Part shown: piece after piece, positions 23,449-31,975 of the stretch | How positions within the stretch are numbered: the first letter of the stretch is position 1 | Layout of the letters: each line of letters begins with the position of its first letter | Assembly (NCBI GenBank): GCA_038062295.1 | Contig: JBBTXL010000045.1 | Location: 1-36,257 of the forward strand | Length of the DNA stretch: 36,257 nt | Direction: 5' to 3' | From: Patescibacteria group bacterium | GTDB lineage: Bacteria; Patescibacteriota; Minisyncoccia; GWC2-36-17; WO2-46-25 | Notes under the pieces: model-generated | Databases searched by the model: none | Told to the model about the DNA's origin: nothing | What the model saw: only the letters and a program-made list of their open reading frames with translations | Position numbers and translations under genes: made by a program

Positions 23449-23457
23449 ATTATACCA
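23449..23457 (-). promoter_or_regulatory. Extended -10 promoter element (TGgTATAAT) for TrmB paralog 2
   Basis: Minus strand reads atggtataatcgttc, about 17 nt upstream of the ATG at 23431. The -35 is poor. Confidence 0.55.
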
Positions 23458-23646
23458 TTTCGTTCGTTTTTTCGCTATATTCCTACACTTTTTGCCGTAC
23501 CAATTATCTTGTTTATCGAGAGCACCTACTTTTCCAGCATTGACGCATGGAAAACGTATAATAGCGTCAGCACATTGAAACCAACCCCCAACCGCCCGCA
23601 GGCGAACCTGCTGCTGGATGAAAAACATCCACAAAGAGGAGGTACT

Positions 23647-23679
23647 GTGAAAAACAGCTACCCCACCGGGTTCTTATAA
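23647..23679 (+). CDS. Micro-ORF MKNSYPTGFL (10 aa)
   Basis: GTG start after AGAGGAGGT (23635-23643). Shares M-K-x-x-Y-P-x-G-F with the micro-ORF at 16831, using different codons. Confidence 0.4.
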   Translation: MKNSYPTGFL

Positions 23680-23774
23680 CAGTAAGACCCGGAGGCGAGG
23701 CGAGGACCAACGTCCACACCGCGACCTCCTCACTTTCCTTGAGCTCCGCATGCATGCGGGCCTCAAGAGAAGTT

Positions 23775-24344
23775 ATGAATATGCCAACCTTGGGAGTAAA
23801 CATCGCGATAATCCAAAACGGCAAGGTGTTGCTCACGAAACGTGAAGATTTTGAAGTGTGGTGCTTGCCGGGCGGCGGAGTGGATGCGGGCGAGTCGGTT
23901 GCAGAAGCGGTGATTCGCGAAACAAAGGAGGAAACGGGGCTTGATGTCCGGCTGACAAGAATGGTAGGAGTATACTCGCGGCCGCACTGGCTGGAGAATG
24001 GCGACCATACGGTGTTGTTTACAGCAGAAGTAGTCGGCGGGAACCTAAAACCGGAGGCGCGCGAGGTGGTGGACATCGGTTTCTTTGAGCCGCACCAACT
24101 GCCCGAGCCACTTATCTGGTGGTACCGCGAGCAGATCCACGATGCGGTGGGCGGAATAGTCGGAGTGACGCGCACGCAACACATCCCGCAGCCGTTCGGC
24201 AAAGGGGTGAGCATGCGGGAACTGTACCGGATACGCGATAAAACAAAAATACCCCGCCAGCAGTTTTTCCTTCGCCATTTCCAAACACCGCTTATCGTTC
24301 ATCCAGAGCGTATCCTGAAACGGATGGCTCTGGATGGGAGATAA
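23775..24344 (+). CDS. Nudix hydrolase
   Basis: Nudix box 'GGGVDAGESVAEAVIRETKEETGL'. ATG 23775 chosen because it follows hairpin 23738-23767; ATG 23781 is also possible. Confidence 0.85.
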   Translation: MNMPTLGVNIAIIQNGKVLLTKREDFEVWCLPGGGVDAGESVAEAVIRETKEETGLDVRLTRMVGVYSRPHWLENGDHTVLFTAEVVGGNLKPEAREVVDIGFFEPHQLPEPLIWWYREQIHDAVGGIVGVTRTQHIPQPFGKGVSMRELYRIRDKTKIPRQQFFLRHFQTPLIVHPERILKRMALDGR

Positions 24345-24411
24345 GCTCCCGAAAGCTCTTTCACAATAACCCGCACGTCCGACGGCTACAATATCGGAGA
24401 AGGAGGGAATA

Positions 24412-25140
24412 GTGAGTTATGAATGGAGCCGAGAGATCATTGTAGGCATTCGGAATGAAACGCTGTCCATTCACCAAGCGGCACAGCGTACCGGTCTTCC
24501 GGAAGAATACTTCCGCGAGGTCGATACCATTTTCTGGGAGGGCGATATGTTCCAGGCGCTTCCCGATGATTTTGAGCGCGTGACGACTAATCTCGCGCGC
24601 AAGCTGAAAAAGGACACCGATGACCGCTTCCGCGATAAATCCTTGCAAACATTCATCGATGCGTCCATCACGGCACACGGGAAACACTCCCGCACACCGT
24701 CCAAAGCGGTGCGCAAGTGGGACGGGAAAACGCCATACAGCGTTCACCCCATCTGGTGCGCAATGATGCTGCTCCACGAAACCACACTGCACGAGCATGT
24801 GCGTATCACGGGGTTCCAGACGCTGCTTCTCCATGACGTGTTGGAAGACACGACGGTGATGTTGCCAACGCTCGTATCGGAGGAAGTGCGAAGGTGGGTG
24901 CATGATATGACATTTGCCAGTTCCGATGAGGAGATGGAAACAATCTGGGACAAACCTCCTGTCATCCAGCTCCTGAAGCTCTATGACAAGGTTTCCAACC
25001 TCATGGACGGCGCATGGATGAGTAAGGAAAAGCGAGCGCGGTATACGGAATACACCATGAAACTCTGCGCGGAAGTTGAGCAGACATATGGCGCGCTCAA
25101 CATCGTAAAACTTGCACACGCGATTGCGGGCTCTCGCTAA
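24412..25140 (+). CDS. HD-domain protein of the RelA/SpoT hydrolase type (small alarmone hydrolase-like)
   Basis: GTG start after AAGGAGGG. 'YSVHPIWCAMML', 'LLLHDVLEDT' and 'KLYDKVSNL' match the (p)ppGpp-hydrolase HD signature. There is an N-terminal extension of about 90 aa. Confidence 0.75.
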   Translation: MSYEWSREIIVGIRNETLSIHQAAQRTGLPEEYFREVDTIFWEGDMFQALPDDFERVTTNLARKLKKDTDDRFRDKSLQTFIDASITAHGKHSRTPSKAVRKWDGKTPYSVHPIWCAMMLLHETTLHEHVRITGFQTLLLHDVLEDTTVMLPTLVSEEVRRWVHDMTFASSDEEMETIWDKPPVIQLLKLYDKVSNLMDGAWMSKEKRARYTEYTMKLCAEVEQTYGALNIVKLAHAIAGSR

Positions 25141-25158
25141 CGAGCCCGCTTTTCTTTT
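25126..25158 (+). terminator. Intrinsic terminator
   Basis: gcgggctc (25126-25133) / gagcccgc (25142-25149), then ttttctttt. Confidence 0.8.
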
Positions 25159-25186
25159 CCCGAAATAGGTGGCAGAATGACGGCAT

Positions 25187-26758
25187 ATGGATGAAAAGAT
25201 GCAATGTGATACGGAAAAGAAGCAGTCGGAATTTTTTGAGAAATTCCCCGAAGAGCAGGAGGATATTGTTAATGCCGCGCGCGAGGAAGCGCTGAGTGCG
25301 GAAGAAAGAAAGTATGAAGTTATGACGTTTGAGGAGTACGCAGAAAAACACCATGACACACCCTATCTATTTGAAGTGAGAAACAAGAATAAGCTTGTGG
25401 AGTATTTTGGCGCCGAACATTCAAACGATCCACAAAATCCAATGTTTGAACATATTGAAGAAAAATTCAAAGAAGCAAACCCGCAAGTTGTTTTCGTTGA
25501 AGGTGTCAACACGCTCGCCAAGCGAAAAGAAGCATTTGCGGAAGAGATAAAGAAGGCAGATCGAGATACTGTTATCGAGAAAATGGGAGAATCCGGCTTT
25601 GCCCTGAAATTAGCAGTGGAGACGGGGGCAGATATTATATCTCCAGAACCGGATTTCAGAAGCGAAATAGAGCACTTGATCAGAAAAGGGTACGGCAAAG
25701 AGGAAATTTTTGCTTATTACATGTACCGTACCATTGAACAGTATCATCGGAACCAAGAGAAACTTCCCACTGATGAGTACCTTACCCCATACCTCAATGA
25801 GTTTCGGGAAGCCAGTGCGTGGCCGGACTTTGATTACTCACTGGAGCATCTCCAGCGTATAGGAACAAGAATATGGGGCGAGAAGGGGGACATGCTGCAG
25901 CGTGACGGCTCAAGAACGGACCCCACGCCGCGAGAAGTGGAACAGGCGTTGTGGACTCCAGTCAATGATGTCGCCCAGCAATCCGGTTATTTTCGAGATA
26001 AACACATCGTAGGCAGAATAGAGGAAACTATGAAAGAGAAAGACCGGCTATTCGTCGTTTTTGGTGCCAGTCATGCGGTGATGCAAGAACCTGCGTTGAG
26101 AAAAGTGCTTGAGAAGAAAGAAAATACGAAAGATGTAATATACAAACGAACCGTGAGGGATATGCGGCACGAGTTTTTGGCGCTCCCCAAAGAGTGGGGT
26201 GTGTCTCAGAAGAAAGAGCACATGATTGAAAATATCACATGGTCAATGCAATACTTTCCGCAGTGCCGGGATGATTTCGAAAATATGATTGCCAAACTTC
26301 AAGGAACGGACTTTGCCGATGATAAGGAGTTCGTGCGTACGCTCGCGGAGGATTGGAGCTCCATCATGGTACGTTACTTTACGCTCCCGGAATTGGAACA
26401 GCACCTGATTGAGGCGCAAATTGCGCAAGGCGATCGAACATCGATAAACCGTGTGCTGATGTACGAGCGGGCGGGGAACGAGCTGCGCCTGCACACGCCC
26501 ACCGCGTTTCTTGAAGACCGAGATGCGTTTGCAAAACTGTACAAAGAAGGGCTACAAAAACTTGCAACGCTTTTGCGGGACAATGCCGAATTCAGGGATG
26601 TAACGACTCTCACACGCGAGTCATGGCTCATTTTTGAGCGGCAGAAACAAGTAAGGGAGCTTGGGTTTACTATCACAAACCTTGATCCTGGAAAACACGT
26701 CGGCAGTGCCGAGATGTCCAAGGAGAAACTGTTTGAACTTTATTTGCCGAAAGAGTAA
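25187..26758 (+). CDS. Hypothetical protein (523 aa); N-terminal half resembles the Tiki/TraB/ChaN/erythromycin-esterase superfamily
   Basis: 'YFGAEHSNDP..VVFVEG' near the N-terminus and 'RLFVVFGASHAV' later fit the paired GxxH motifs of that superfamily. The C-terminal ~190 aa are unassigned. Confidence 0.7.
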   Translation: MDEKMQCDTEKKQSEFFEKFPEEQEDIVNAAREEALSAEERKYEVMTFEEYAEKHHDTPYLFEVRNKNKLVEYFGAEHSNDPQNPMFEHIEEKFKEANPQVVFVEGVNTLAKRKEAFAEEIKKADRDTVIEKMGESGFALKLAVETGADIISPEPDFRSEIEHLIRKGYGKEEIFAYYMYRTIEQYHRNQEKLPTDEYLTPYLNEFREASAWPDFDYSLEHLQRIGTRIWGEKGDMLQRDGSRTDPTPREVEQALWTPVNDVAQQSGYFRDKHIVGRIEETMKEKDRLFVVFGASHAVMQEPALRKVLEKKENTKDVIYKRTVRDMRHEFLALPKEWGVSQKKEHMIENITWSMQYFPQCRDDFENMIAKLQGTDFADDKEFVRTLAEDWSSIMVRYFTLPELEQHLIEAQIAQGDRTSINRVLMYERAGNELRLHTPTAFLEDRDAFAKLYKEGLQKLATLLRDNAEFRDVTTLTRESWLIFERQKQVRELGFTITNLDPGKHVGSAEMSKEKLFELYLPKE

Positions 26759-26767
26759 CATACGCGC

Positions 26768-27520
26768 ATGGGACCAGATGACTTTCCACAGAATATTCCG
26801 TCGGAGCCGCAGAAACGTTTTGAAGAAGATGTTTTACAGGAAGAGCAAGACTCCGAAATAATGCCTGAACCGGAGGCGACCGTGCGCGAACGGCAGGATA
26901 CGGAACAGAAGTCTGAAGCAGTTGCGCAGGAACCTGAAAATGTGGAAGCGGATGTTGTGCCGGAAACCGTGATGTCGCAGGGTCAGGGTGAACAGATACC
27001 AAAGCAAGAACTGGAGGAGGGTGCTGAAAGAAAGCAAGAGCAGGAGATTGTCGTAGAAAGACAAAAGGTACAGGACTTTATAGATGCTGGCAGAAAATTG
27101 GTGCGCGCATTACGGGCGCGGGAGGAAGAACGCCTCAATTCACTTATTGATGAAAGCAATGTTATGCTGTTGGTGCGGTCTCTTGATAACGTGCAGGAAC
27201 TGCTGATGGATAACCAGCCGACGGTTGATAAGGCGGAATTTGAACGCGCGCTTGAAAAAACTGTTGATGCGTTGCGTAGCATCGGTGATGTGCCGCGTGA
27301 ACACAGTATGAGAGACAACGAAGAAAGTTTGGGAAGAATTGCTTCATATTTGAGAAATGTGGGTGACACGGCTCACGACATCGCGCTGTCGCTTGCAAGA
27401 GAAAAAGATGGACGGCTTGAACGTGCATTACATATACTGGACGCGTTGAAAGGCGCCGCAGACGATGGACGACTGTTTGTCAACAAAAAAAGAAACCAAC
27501 TCGAACAATATAGGAGGTGA
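26768..27520 (+). CDS. Hypothetical protein (250 aa): acidic disordered N-terminus, helical C-terminus
   Basis: Open frame 9 nt after the previous stop. E/Q/P-rich first ~100 aa. Confidence 0.65.
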   Translation: MGPDDFPQNIPSEPQKRFEEDVLQEEQDSEIMPEPEATVRERQDTEQKSEAVAQEPENVEADVVPETVMSQGQGEQIPKQELEEGAERKQEQEIVVERQKVQDFIDAGRKLVRALRAREEERLNSLIDESNVMLLVRSLDNVQELLMDNQPTVDKAEFERALEKTVDALRSIGDVPREHSMRDNEESLGRIASYLRNVGDTAHDIALSLAREKDGRLERALHILDALKGAADDGRLFVNKKRNQLEQYRR

Positions 27521-27523
27521 CAT

Positions 27524-27742
27524 GTGGAAAACAAGTTCTTTCAGACAGGCGAGGATCCGAAAGCAGATCGGTATATCAATGCCATTAAGGAGATCATGCG
27601 GTCTATTGGGGTGACCATAACATCGGTCTCGTTCAACCCTAAAACAAAGCAAGCGGAAATCAACGGTATTGTATTCCAAGTTCCGTTCCCGCTTTCGGAA
27701 ATCAAAGAAAAACTTCTCAAAAAGGGAGGGGAAAAAGAATAA
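27524..27742 (+). CDS. Hypothetical small protein (72 aa)
   Basis: GTG 27524 follows TAGGAGGTGA (27511-27520), which includes the previous gene's stop. Ends at terminator 27742-27768. Confidence 0.55.
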   Translation: MENKFFQTGEDPKADRYINAIKEIMRSIGVTITSVSFNPKTKQAEINGIVFQVPFPLSEIKEKLLKKGGEKE

Positions 27743-27771
27743 CAGCGGACTCGCAAAGAGTCCGCTGTTTT
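27742..27771. terminator. Bidirectional intrinsic terminator between convergent genes
   Basis: Perfect 11-bp stem acagcggactc / gagtccgctgt with a gcaaa loop. T-runs on both strands. Confidence 0.85.
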
Positions 27772-28025
27772 CAGTGACGTTTGTTCACGGGGGCGTGTTC
27801 CCGTATAATGCCGATATAATCAGTGCAATTTTTGCACTCTGCGGTGTGTTCCGCAATTTTCTCGCTCACTTCGCTGATCTTTACTTTTGAATAGAGCGAG
27901 AACTCATCCCCGTTTAAGTACGCCATCATTATCTCGGAAGGCGGACACCCGCCTCGCCGTTTGGAATCTTCCGCAGACTTCGTGCTGAAAAAAAATCCTC
28001 CGTATATCGGATCTTTTATTTTCAA
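27771..28025 (-). CDS. Hypothetical protein (84 aa)
   Basis: TTG start preceded on the minus strand by caaGGGAGGtttgtc. Ends at the shared terminator. Confidence 0.6.
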   Translation of the reverse strand: MKIKDPIYGGFFFSTKSAEDSKRRGGCPPSEIMMAYLNGDEFSLYSKVKISEVSEKIAEHTAECKNCTDYIGIIREHAPVNKRH

Positions 28026-28056
28026 GACAAACCTCCCTTGTAGTATTGTTGATGTG

Positions 28057-28356
28057 CTACACGCGATTGGATTCCAAGATTCCTCTCAAATACCCCTCCG
28101 CCATTTCCATCCGCACAGTGATATCCTGTTTGTCGGCGTCCGATATGTCCGGATGCGCCAGGATATCGTCCCGCAACGCATACAACTCTTCCACCTGTGC
28201 TTTTAACGCTGCCGGCTCCTTTGGTGCGCCATACATATCAAAATGCACCTTTCCGCGCTCATCTACAATATCCCGCAATCCCTCCAAAAGCATTTCGGGG
28301 TCGCGAAGGTCTTTGTCATGTTCCGTCGGCATTGTTTGTTGCATACGATTTTGCAC
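28057..28356 (-). CDS. Hypothetical acidic protein (95-99 aa)
   Basis: Downstream of the minus-strand promoter TTGACA-16-TATTAT. The start is GTG 28356 or ATG 28344. Confidence 0.6.
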   Translation of the reverse strand: MQNRMQQTMPTEHDKDLRDPEMLLEGLRDIVDERGKVHFDMYGAPKEPAALKAQVEELYALRDDILAHPDISDADKQDITVRMEMAEGYLRGILESNRV

Positions 28357-28375
28357 TACTAATGATGATATGTAG

Positions 28376-28426
28376 ATAATACACTTTTCAATATTTTTGT
28401 CAAGTTTTTTTGGTCATGGGAATAAT
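28376..28426. promoter_or_regulatory. Face-to-face divergent promoters with overlapping -35 boxes
   Basis: Minus strand: TTGACA (rc of 28398-28403), 16-nt spacer, TATTAT (rc of 28376-28381). Plus strand: TTGTCA (28397-28402), 18-nt spacer, AATAAT (28421-28426). Confidence 0.6.
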
Positions 28427-28461
28427 TGTGTATTGAGACGCGATGTTTTATACTAAAAGCA

Positions 28462-28812
28462 ATGGCGGTACACAGAAAAAGAGAAGTTGCGGCTGGAGAC
28501 CCGGGCGAGGCGCTTGCGCACGCGGCGCTTGCGGGCCGGAAACTTGCCGTTTTGATAGCGGCACTGCCGGTGGACGACGAAACCAAACAGGCGTTTTTGG
28601 CATTGGTGGAGAATGCGACATATGACGAACTACTCGCGCTTGAAGATGCGCTTGAGGGGTTGTATGCGGATGCCGCGACGCAGGATGTGGACCGGCAGCT
28701 TAAAGCCGCGCTGGAGCAGTTCAAGGTTGAAATGGACGCCCGTACACGGCGGGTGGATGAAACATTTCTCGCAAAATTACAAGCAATAGAGCGCCGCATA
28801 GCTACGCAGTGA
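28462..28812 (+). CDS. Hypothetical helical protein (116 aa)
   Basis: ATG 28462 chosen because the listed TTG 28426 lies inside the -10 box. Its stop is 1 nt before the next ATG. Confidence 0.6.
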   Translation: MAVHRKREVAAGDPGEALAHAALAGRKLAVLIAALPVDDETKQAFLALVENATYDELLALEDALEGLYADAATQDVDRQLKAALEQFKVEMDARTRRVDETFLAKLQAIERRIATQ

Positions 28813-28813
28813 T

Positions 28814-31800
28814 ATGAAAGAAATTTCCGACAATCCATCCGAAACCCCGCAGGGAAATACACAGGAGTCTTCGGAGCAGAAATTTGTCGGTGCGGAACCA
28901 TTGCCGATGCCAAAAACGGCCGATGAGCAGCAAAATGAATTTGTCGCTTCACAGGTTGAGGACGCAGAGAAGCTGCTGGATATGCAGCAGGGTTTGACGG
29001 AAGAACAAAAAGAAAGCGCGAGGGGAAAAATAAAGGAAGCGGCAAGTGAGCTTGCTGATGCACACCTCACACAAGAAGAACCGCCGGAAAATCTTCCGGT
29101 TGCGGATGAAGCAAAAGAAACAGAACCAAAAGAGACTCGCGCGGAACGAGTTGCACATCGCCGCGCGGAAAAATACGGCATAGACGAGTCCTCGGTCGCA
29201 AAACAGTTGGGCAAAGGATTTTTGAAAGGCGCCATGAACACAATCGGCTCCGTATTTGGCGTGCGCGCGGCATGGGAAGTCCCAAAGGCGGTGTACGGTT
29301 ATTTCAAAAAGAAAGAACAGCGGGGGAAAATCAGTAATGCGACGTTGGAACTTTTGCGTACAACCCAACTTTCCAATGAGAGCCGGCGCGAGCGTTCTGA
29401 GGGGATGGAGGAGATAAACCAATTTGAAATCCAGGAAGAAGCTCGCAGGATATGGGAAATGCGTGGGGGTGGTGTGTCAACCGAGGAGGAAATGCAAAAA
29501 GACTTTCATCAGGCATTTCAACAGGCAAAGGAAAATTTAAACTTTGACGTGCGGGAGAGAAAGAGTGAACTATGGCGCGATGCCCTACCGGTTGCTCGAG
29601 AGATCAAAGAGTTGGAAGCACGTCTCAAAGAAACGAAAATGCCGTCGGCGGAAAAGAAAGCGCTCCGCACCGAAATGGCGCACATCTTGAAAGAATACCG
29701 GCGCGAAGGAAAGAATCTGGAGGAAGCAAAAACGGAGCGCGTGGGCACGCTGTTGGACATGTACGTCAACAACAAGGCGCAGACGACGCTTGCAGTGAAA
29801 GAGACGCTGAACACGGTGGCCACCGTATCGTTCGTACCCGCTATGCGTGTCGGCGTAGTCGCGGCGTTCTCCGCGGTGGAACGGGCGCAGAAAGCTGCGG
29901 AAGGGTATGACAAGGAGCATTTCCGGAACAAGAACGGTTCGTGGTCGGAAAAATTCAAGTCGGTCGCCAAAAATTTATTCGTTGATTCAGTGAAGGAAAC
30001 GGCCAAAGGGCTGACACTGCAAGCCGATGGCGGCGGGTTTGAAAAAGCCGCAAAATTTGGTTCATCCGTTGGGGCGGTTTTGCGTGTTGCCGGTCTTGCG
30101 GAATTTGAATATGCCATTCAGGCGGGCAAGATAACGCCGCAGGAGGGGATGCAGAAGTTTTTTGAAGCGGCTCGCGACGGCGACGCGAAAGGCGTGTTTG
30201 CACAGGCTGGCCAGAATTGGGTGGATAATGCGCGACGTATTCTTTCGTATGCCGGGATCAAATTTCCCGAACAACAGCCCAGCGGCGCCTCGGTTTCACT
30301 CGATACAGATTACCAAAGTTTCAAGGAGTCACTAGGCAAGTCGTCACCGACGGCTGAGGATGTTGCCAAAGGTGTGCCAGACAACATCAGTCAAAGTCCA
30401 CTGGAGCGGTGGCGGGGGCAGGAAACGGCGGCAGGGGCTGCAGAACCCCCTGTTGCCGAAGCGGGAATATTAGGTCCCACGGACGCTTCAGGTGCGGGAA
30501 TGTTGGGACCCGTAGATACCACAGGAGCGGATATTCCCCAGAAGCAGGAAAACGTCCCCCAATCCTCTACGAGTTATCAGAATTTCAAGGAGTCGCTCGA
30601 CGGTCCGCCCCCGCCCACCGCGGAGGAAGTTGCGCATGGTGCACAGCAGGAGCATATCGGACGAAGTGCCATGGATCAATGGAACGTGATGCAGGCACAG
30701 GAAGTTGTAGCCGCAACAGGAGCTGGAGGATCGGGCATACCCGGTGCCGCCACAGCTGTGGAGTTTCCCGGCATTGCCGACCAGAATGTTTCGGCTGCGC
30801 TCGCGAGCGGAAAATTTGGGGACGCGGATGATATTAAGGAAGCCGTTGTATCGGCAAAGGCGTACGGGGTTGTGGGAGAAGGGAAAAGCGTCAGCGAAAC
30901 ACTCGATCGGGGAATCCCGCGCGACGCCACAGTAACGGTTGTTAACCCCGATGGGACAAAACTGGAAAAATTCGACGTGAATCTGGTGCACAAAGGCGAT
31001 ACGGTTGTAATGGACGACAAGGGCGCTATCACGGTGTACAAAACATCGGATGTTTCGGTGCGTGAGGGCATGTCCCTCGAAAAAGAGTATCAAAAGATCT
31101 ACAAAGAGTTTAAGCTCGACGAGATACCGCACGACGTGCGCGAGCAGTTCAACAAAGGGCACGGGTTTTGGGGGAGCAAAATAACGCGCGGGGAAGCAGG
31201 AGAAATGCGCTCCTGGTGGGATGCACACAAAGGAGAATACATAAGAACGCACGAAGCGCTTGGAAAAGTGTATTCGCCCGAAGAAATTGAAAAGATAAAA
31301 ATTCCGGGAGACCTGAACTGGCCGCCGACGGACGGGCGAACGGATGCGGAGCGTATCGCGCCGCATCCGTGGAGCGAACAAGCGCGCACAGGCGGGGAGT
31401 TTCAGGTACACACCAAACCCGGCGCCGGGCTGGGAGATGAGTTTGGCGAGAGCCAGGTGGCGCCGAGCTCTGCGGCGGAGCATATTCTTCCTGCCGAAGC
31501 GATGCGCGCCATCGAAAAAGGAGCGGGTGAAAATATTCATAAGGAGCTGGCAAATATCTTTCACTATACCGCCGGCGATCCCTCGAAGGTAATGGAATTG
31601 GAAGCATGGCAGGATATGAAAGATATGCCGGCTAAGGATATTTTTGAGGGGAAGTTCGGCAAACATTTCAGTCTGTTGGACGACCAGACGGAGCGAGAGC
31701 GCTACCTCGGCGTGCAGAAGTATGTGGAGGAACTTTCGCGAAAAGGAAAGACATATGTTCCCGAGGGAGGAAAGATGTGGGTGGACGATTCTGTTTCAAA

Positions 31801-31882
31801 GCCGCAACTGAAGGAAACGGTTGCGCAGTATATTCAACGGCTGGAGTTGGTGCTGAACAAGCGGAAGCATATGGTTCAGTAA
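28814..31882 (+). CDS. Large orphan protein (1022 aa) with an internal diverged duplication
   Basis: Uninterrupted 3-kb frame. Repeated 'DYQSFKESLGKSSPTAEDVAKG' / 'SYQNFKESLDGPPPPTAEEVAHG' blocks. No family recognised. Confidence 0.85.
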   Translation: MKEISDNPSETPQGNTQESSEQKFVGAEPLPMPKTADEQQNEFVASQVEDAEKLLDMQQGLTEEQKESARGKIKEAASELADAHLTQEEPPENLPVADEAKETEPKETRAERVAHRRAEKYGIDESSVAKQLGKGFLKGAMNTIGSVFGVRAAWEVPKAVYGYFKKKEQRGKISNATLELLRTTQLSNESRRERSEGMEEINQFEIQEEARRIWEMRGGGVSTEEEMQKDFHQAFQQAKENLNFDVRERKSELWRDALPVAREIKELEARLKETKMPSAEKKALRTEMAHILKEYRREGKNLEEAKTERVGTLLDMYVNNKAQTTLAVKETLNTVATVSFVPAMRVGVVAAFSAVERAQKAAEGYDKEHFRNKNGSWSEKFKSVAKNLFVDSVKETAKGLTLQADGGGFEKAAKFGSSVGAVLRVAGLAEFEYAIQAGKITPQEGMQKFFEAARDGDAKGVFAQAGQNWVDNARRILSYAGIKFPEQQPSGASVSLDTDYQSFKESLGKSSPTAEDVAKGVPDNISQSPLERWRGQETAAGAAEPPVAEAGILGPTDASGAGMLGPVDTTGADIPQKQENVPQSSTSYQNFKESLDGPPPPTAEEVAHGAQQEHIGRSAMDQWNVMQAQEVVAATGAGGSGIPGAATAVEFPGIADQNVSAALASGKFGDADDIKEAVVSAKAYGVVGEGKSVSETLDRGIPRDATVTVVNPDGTKLEKFDVNLVHKGDTVVMDDKGAITVYKTSDVSVREGMSLEKEYQKIYKEFKLDEIPHDVREQFNKGHGFWGSKITRGEAGEMRSWWDAHKGEYIRTHEALGKVYSPEEIEKIKIPGDLNWPPTDGRTDAERIAPHPWSEQARTGGEFQVHTKPGAGLGDEFGESQVAPSSAAEHILPAEAMRAIEKGAGENIHKELANIFHYTAGDPSKVMELEAWQDMKDMPAKDIFEGKFGKHFSLLDDQTERERYLGVQKYVEELSRKGKTYVPEGGKMWVDDSVSKPQLKETVAQYIQRLELVLNKRKHMVQ

Positions 31883-31975
31883 ATTTCATTTGACACTATT
31901 GCAGCGCCCAGGTACGCTTGAGGCGCGGTCTTTTACAATTTCATATCTCATGTTTACGGAAAGGGGGGAAAGCAT

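Noticed and set aside
23540-23562. TTGACG ... TATAAT pair upstream of the Nudix leader
   Set aside because: The spacer is only 11 nt, so the two hexamers cannot work together as a sigma70 promoter. The TATAAT alone might still act as a -10.
23567-25359. 215-aa and 332-aa minus-strand ORFs
   Set aside because: They lie antisense to the Nudix, HD-hydrolase and Tiki-like genes, which carry clear catalytic motifs on the + strand.
28443-28625. 60-aa Cys/Gly/Arg-rich ORF
   Set aside because: It is an alternative frame of the better-supported 116-aa helical ORF (28462-28812). It has no SD, and its composition is typical of an off-frame GC-rich translation.
30488-31666. 392-aa minus-strand ORF
   Set aside because: It lies entirely inside, and antisense to, the uninterrupted 1022-aa + strand frame. 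Its composition is Arg/Phe/Leu-rich and junk-like.
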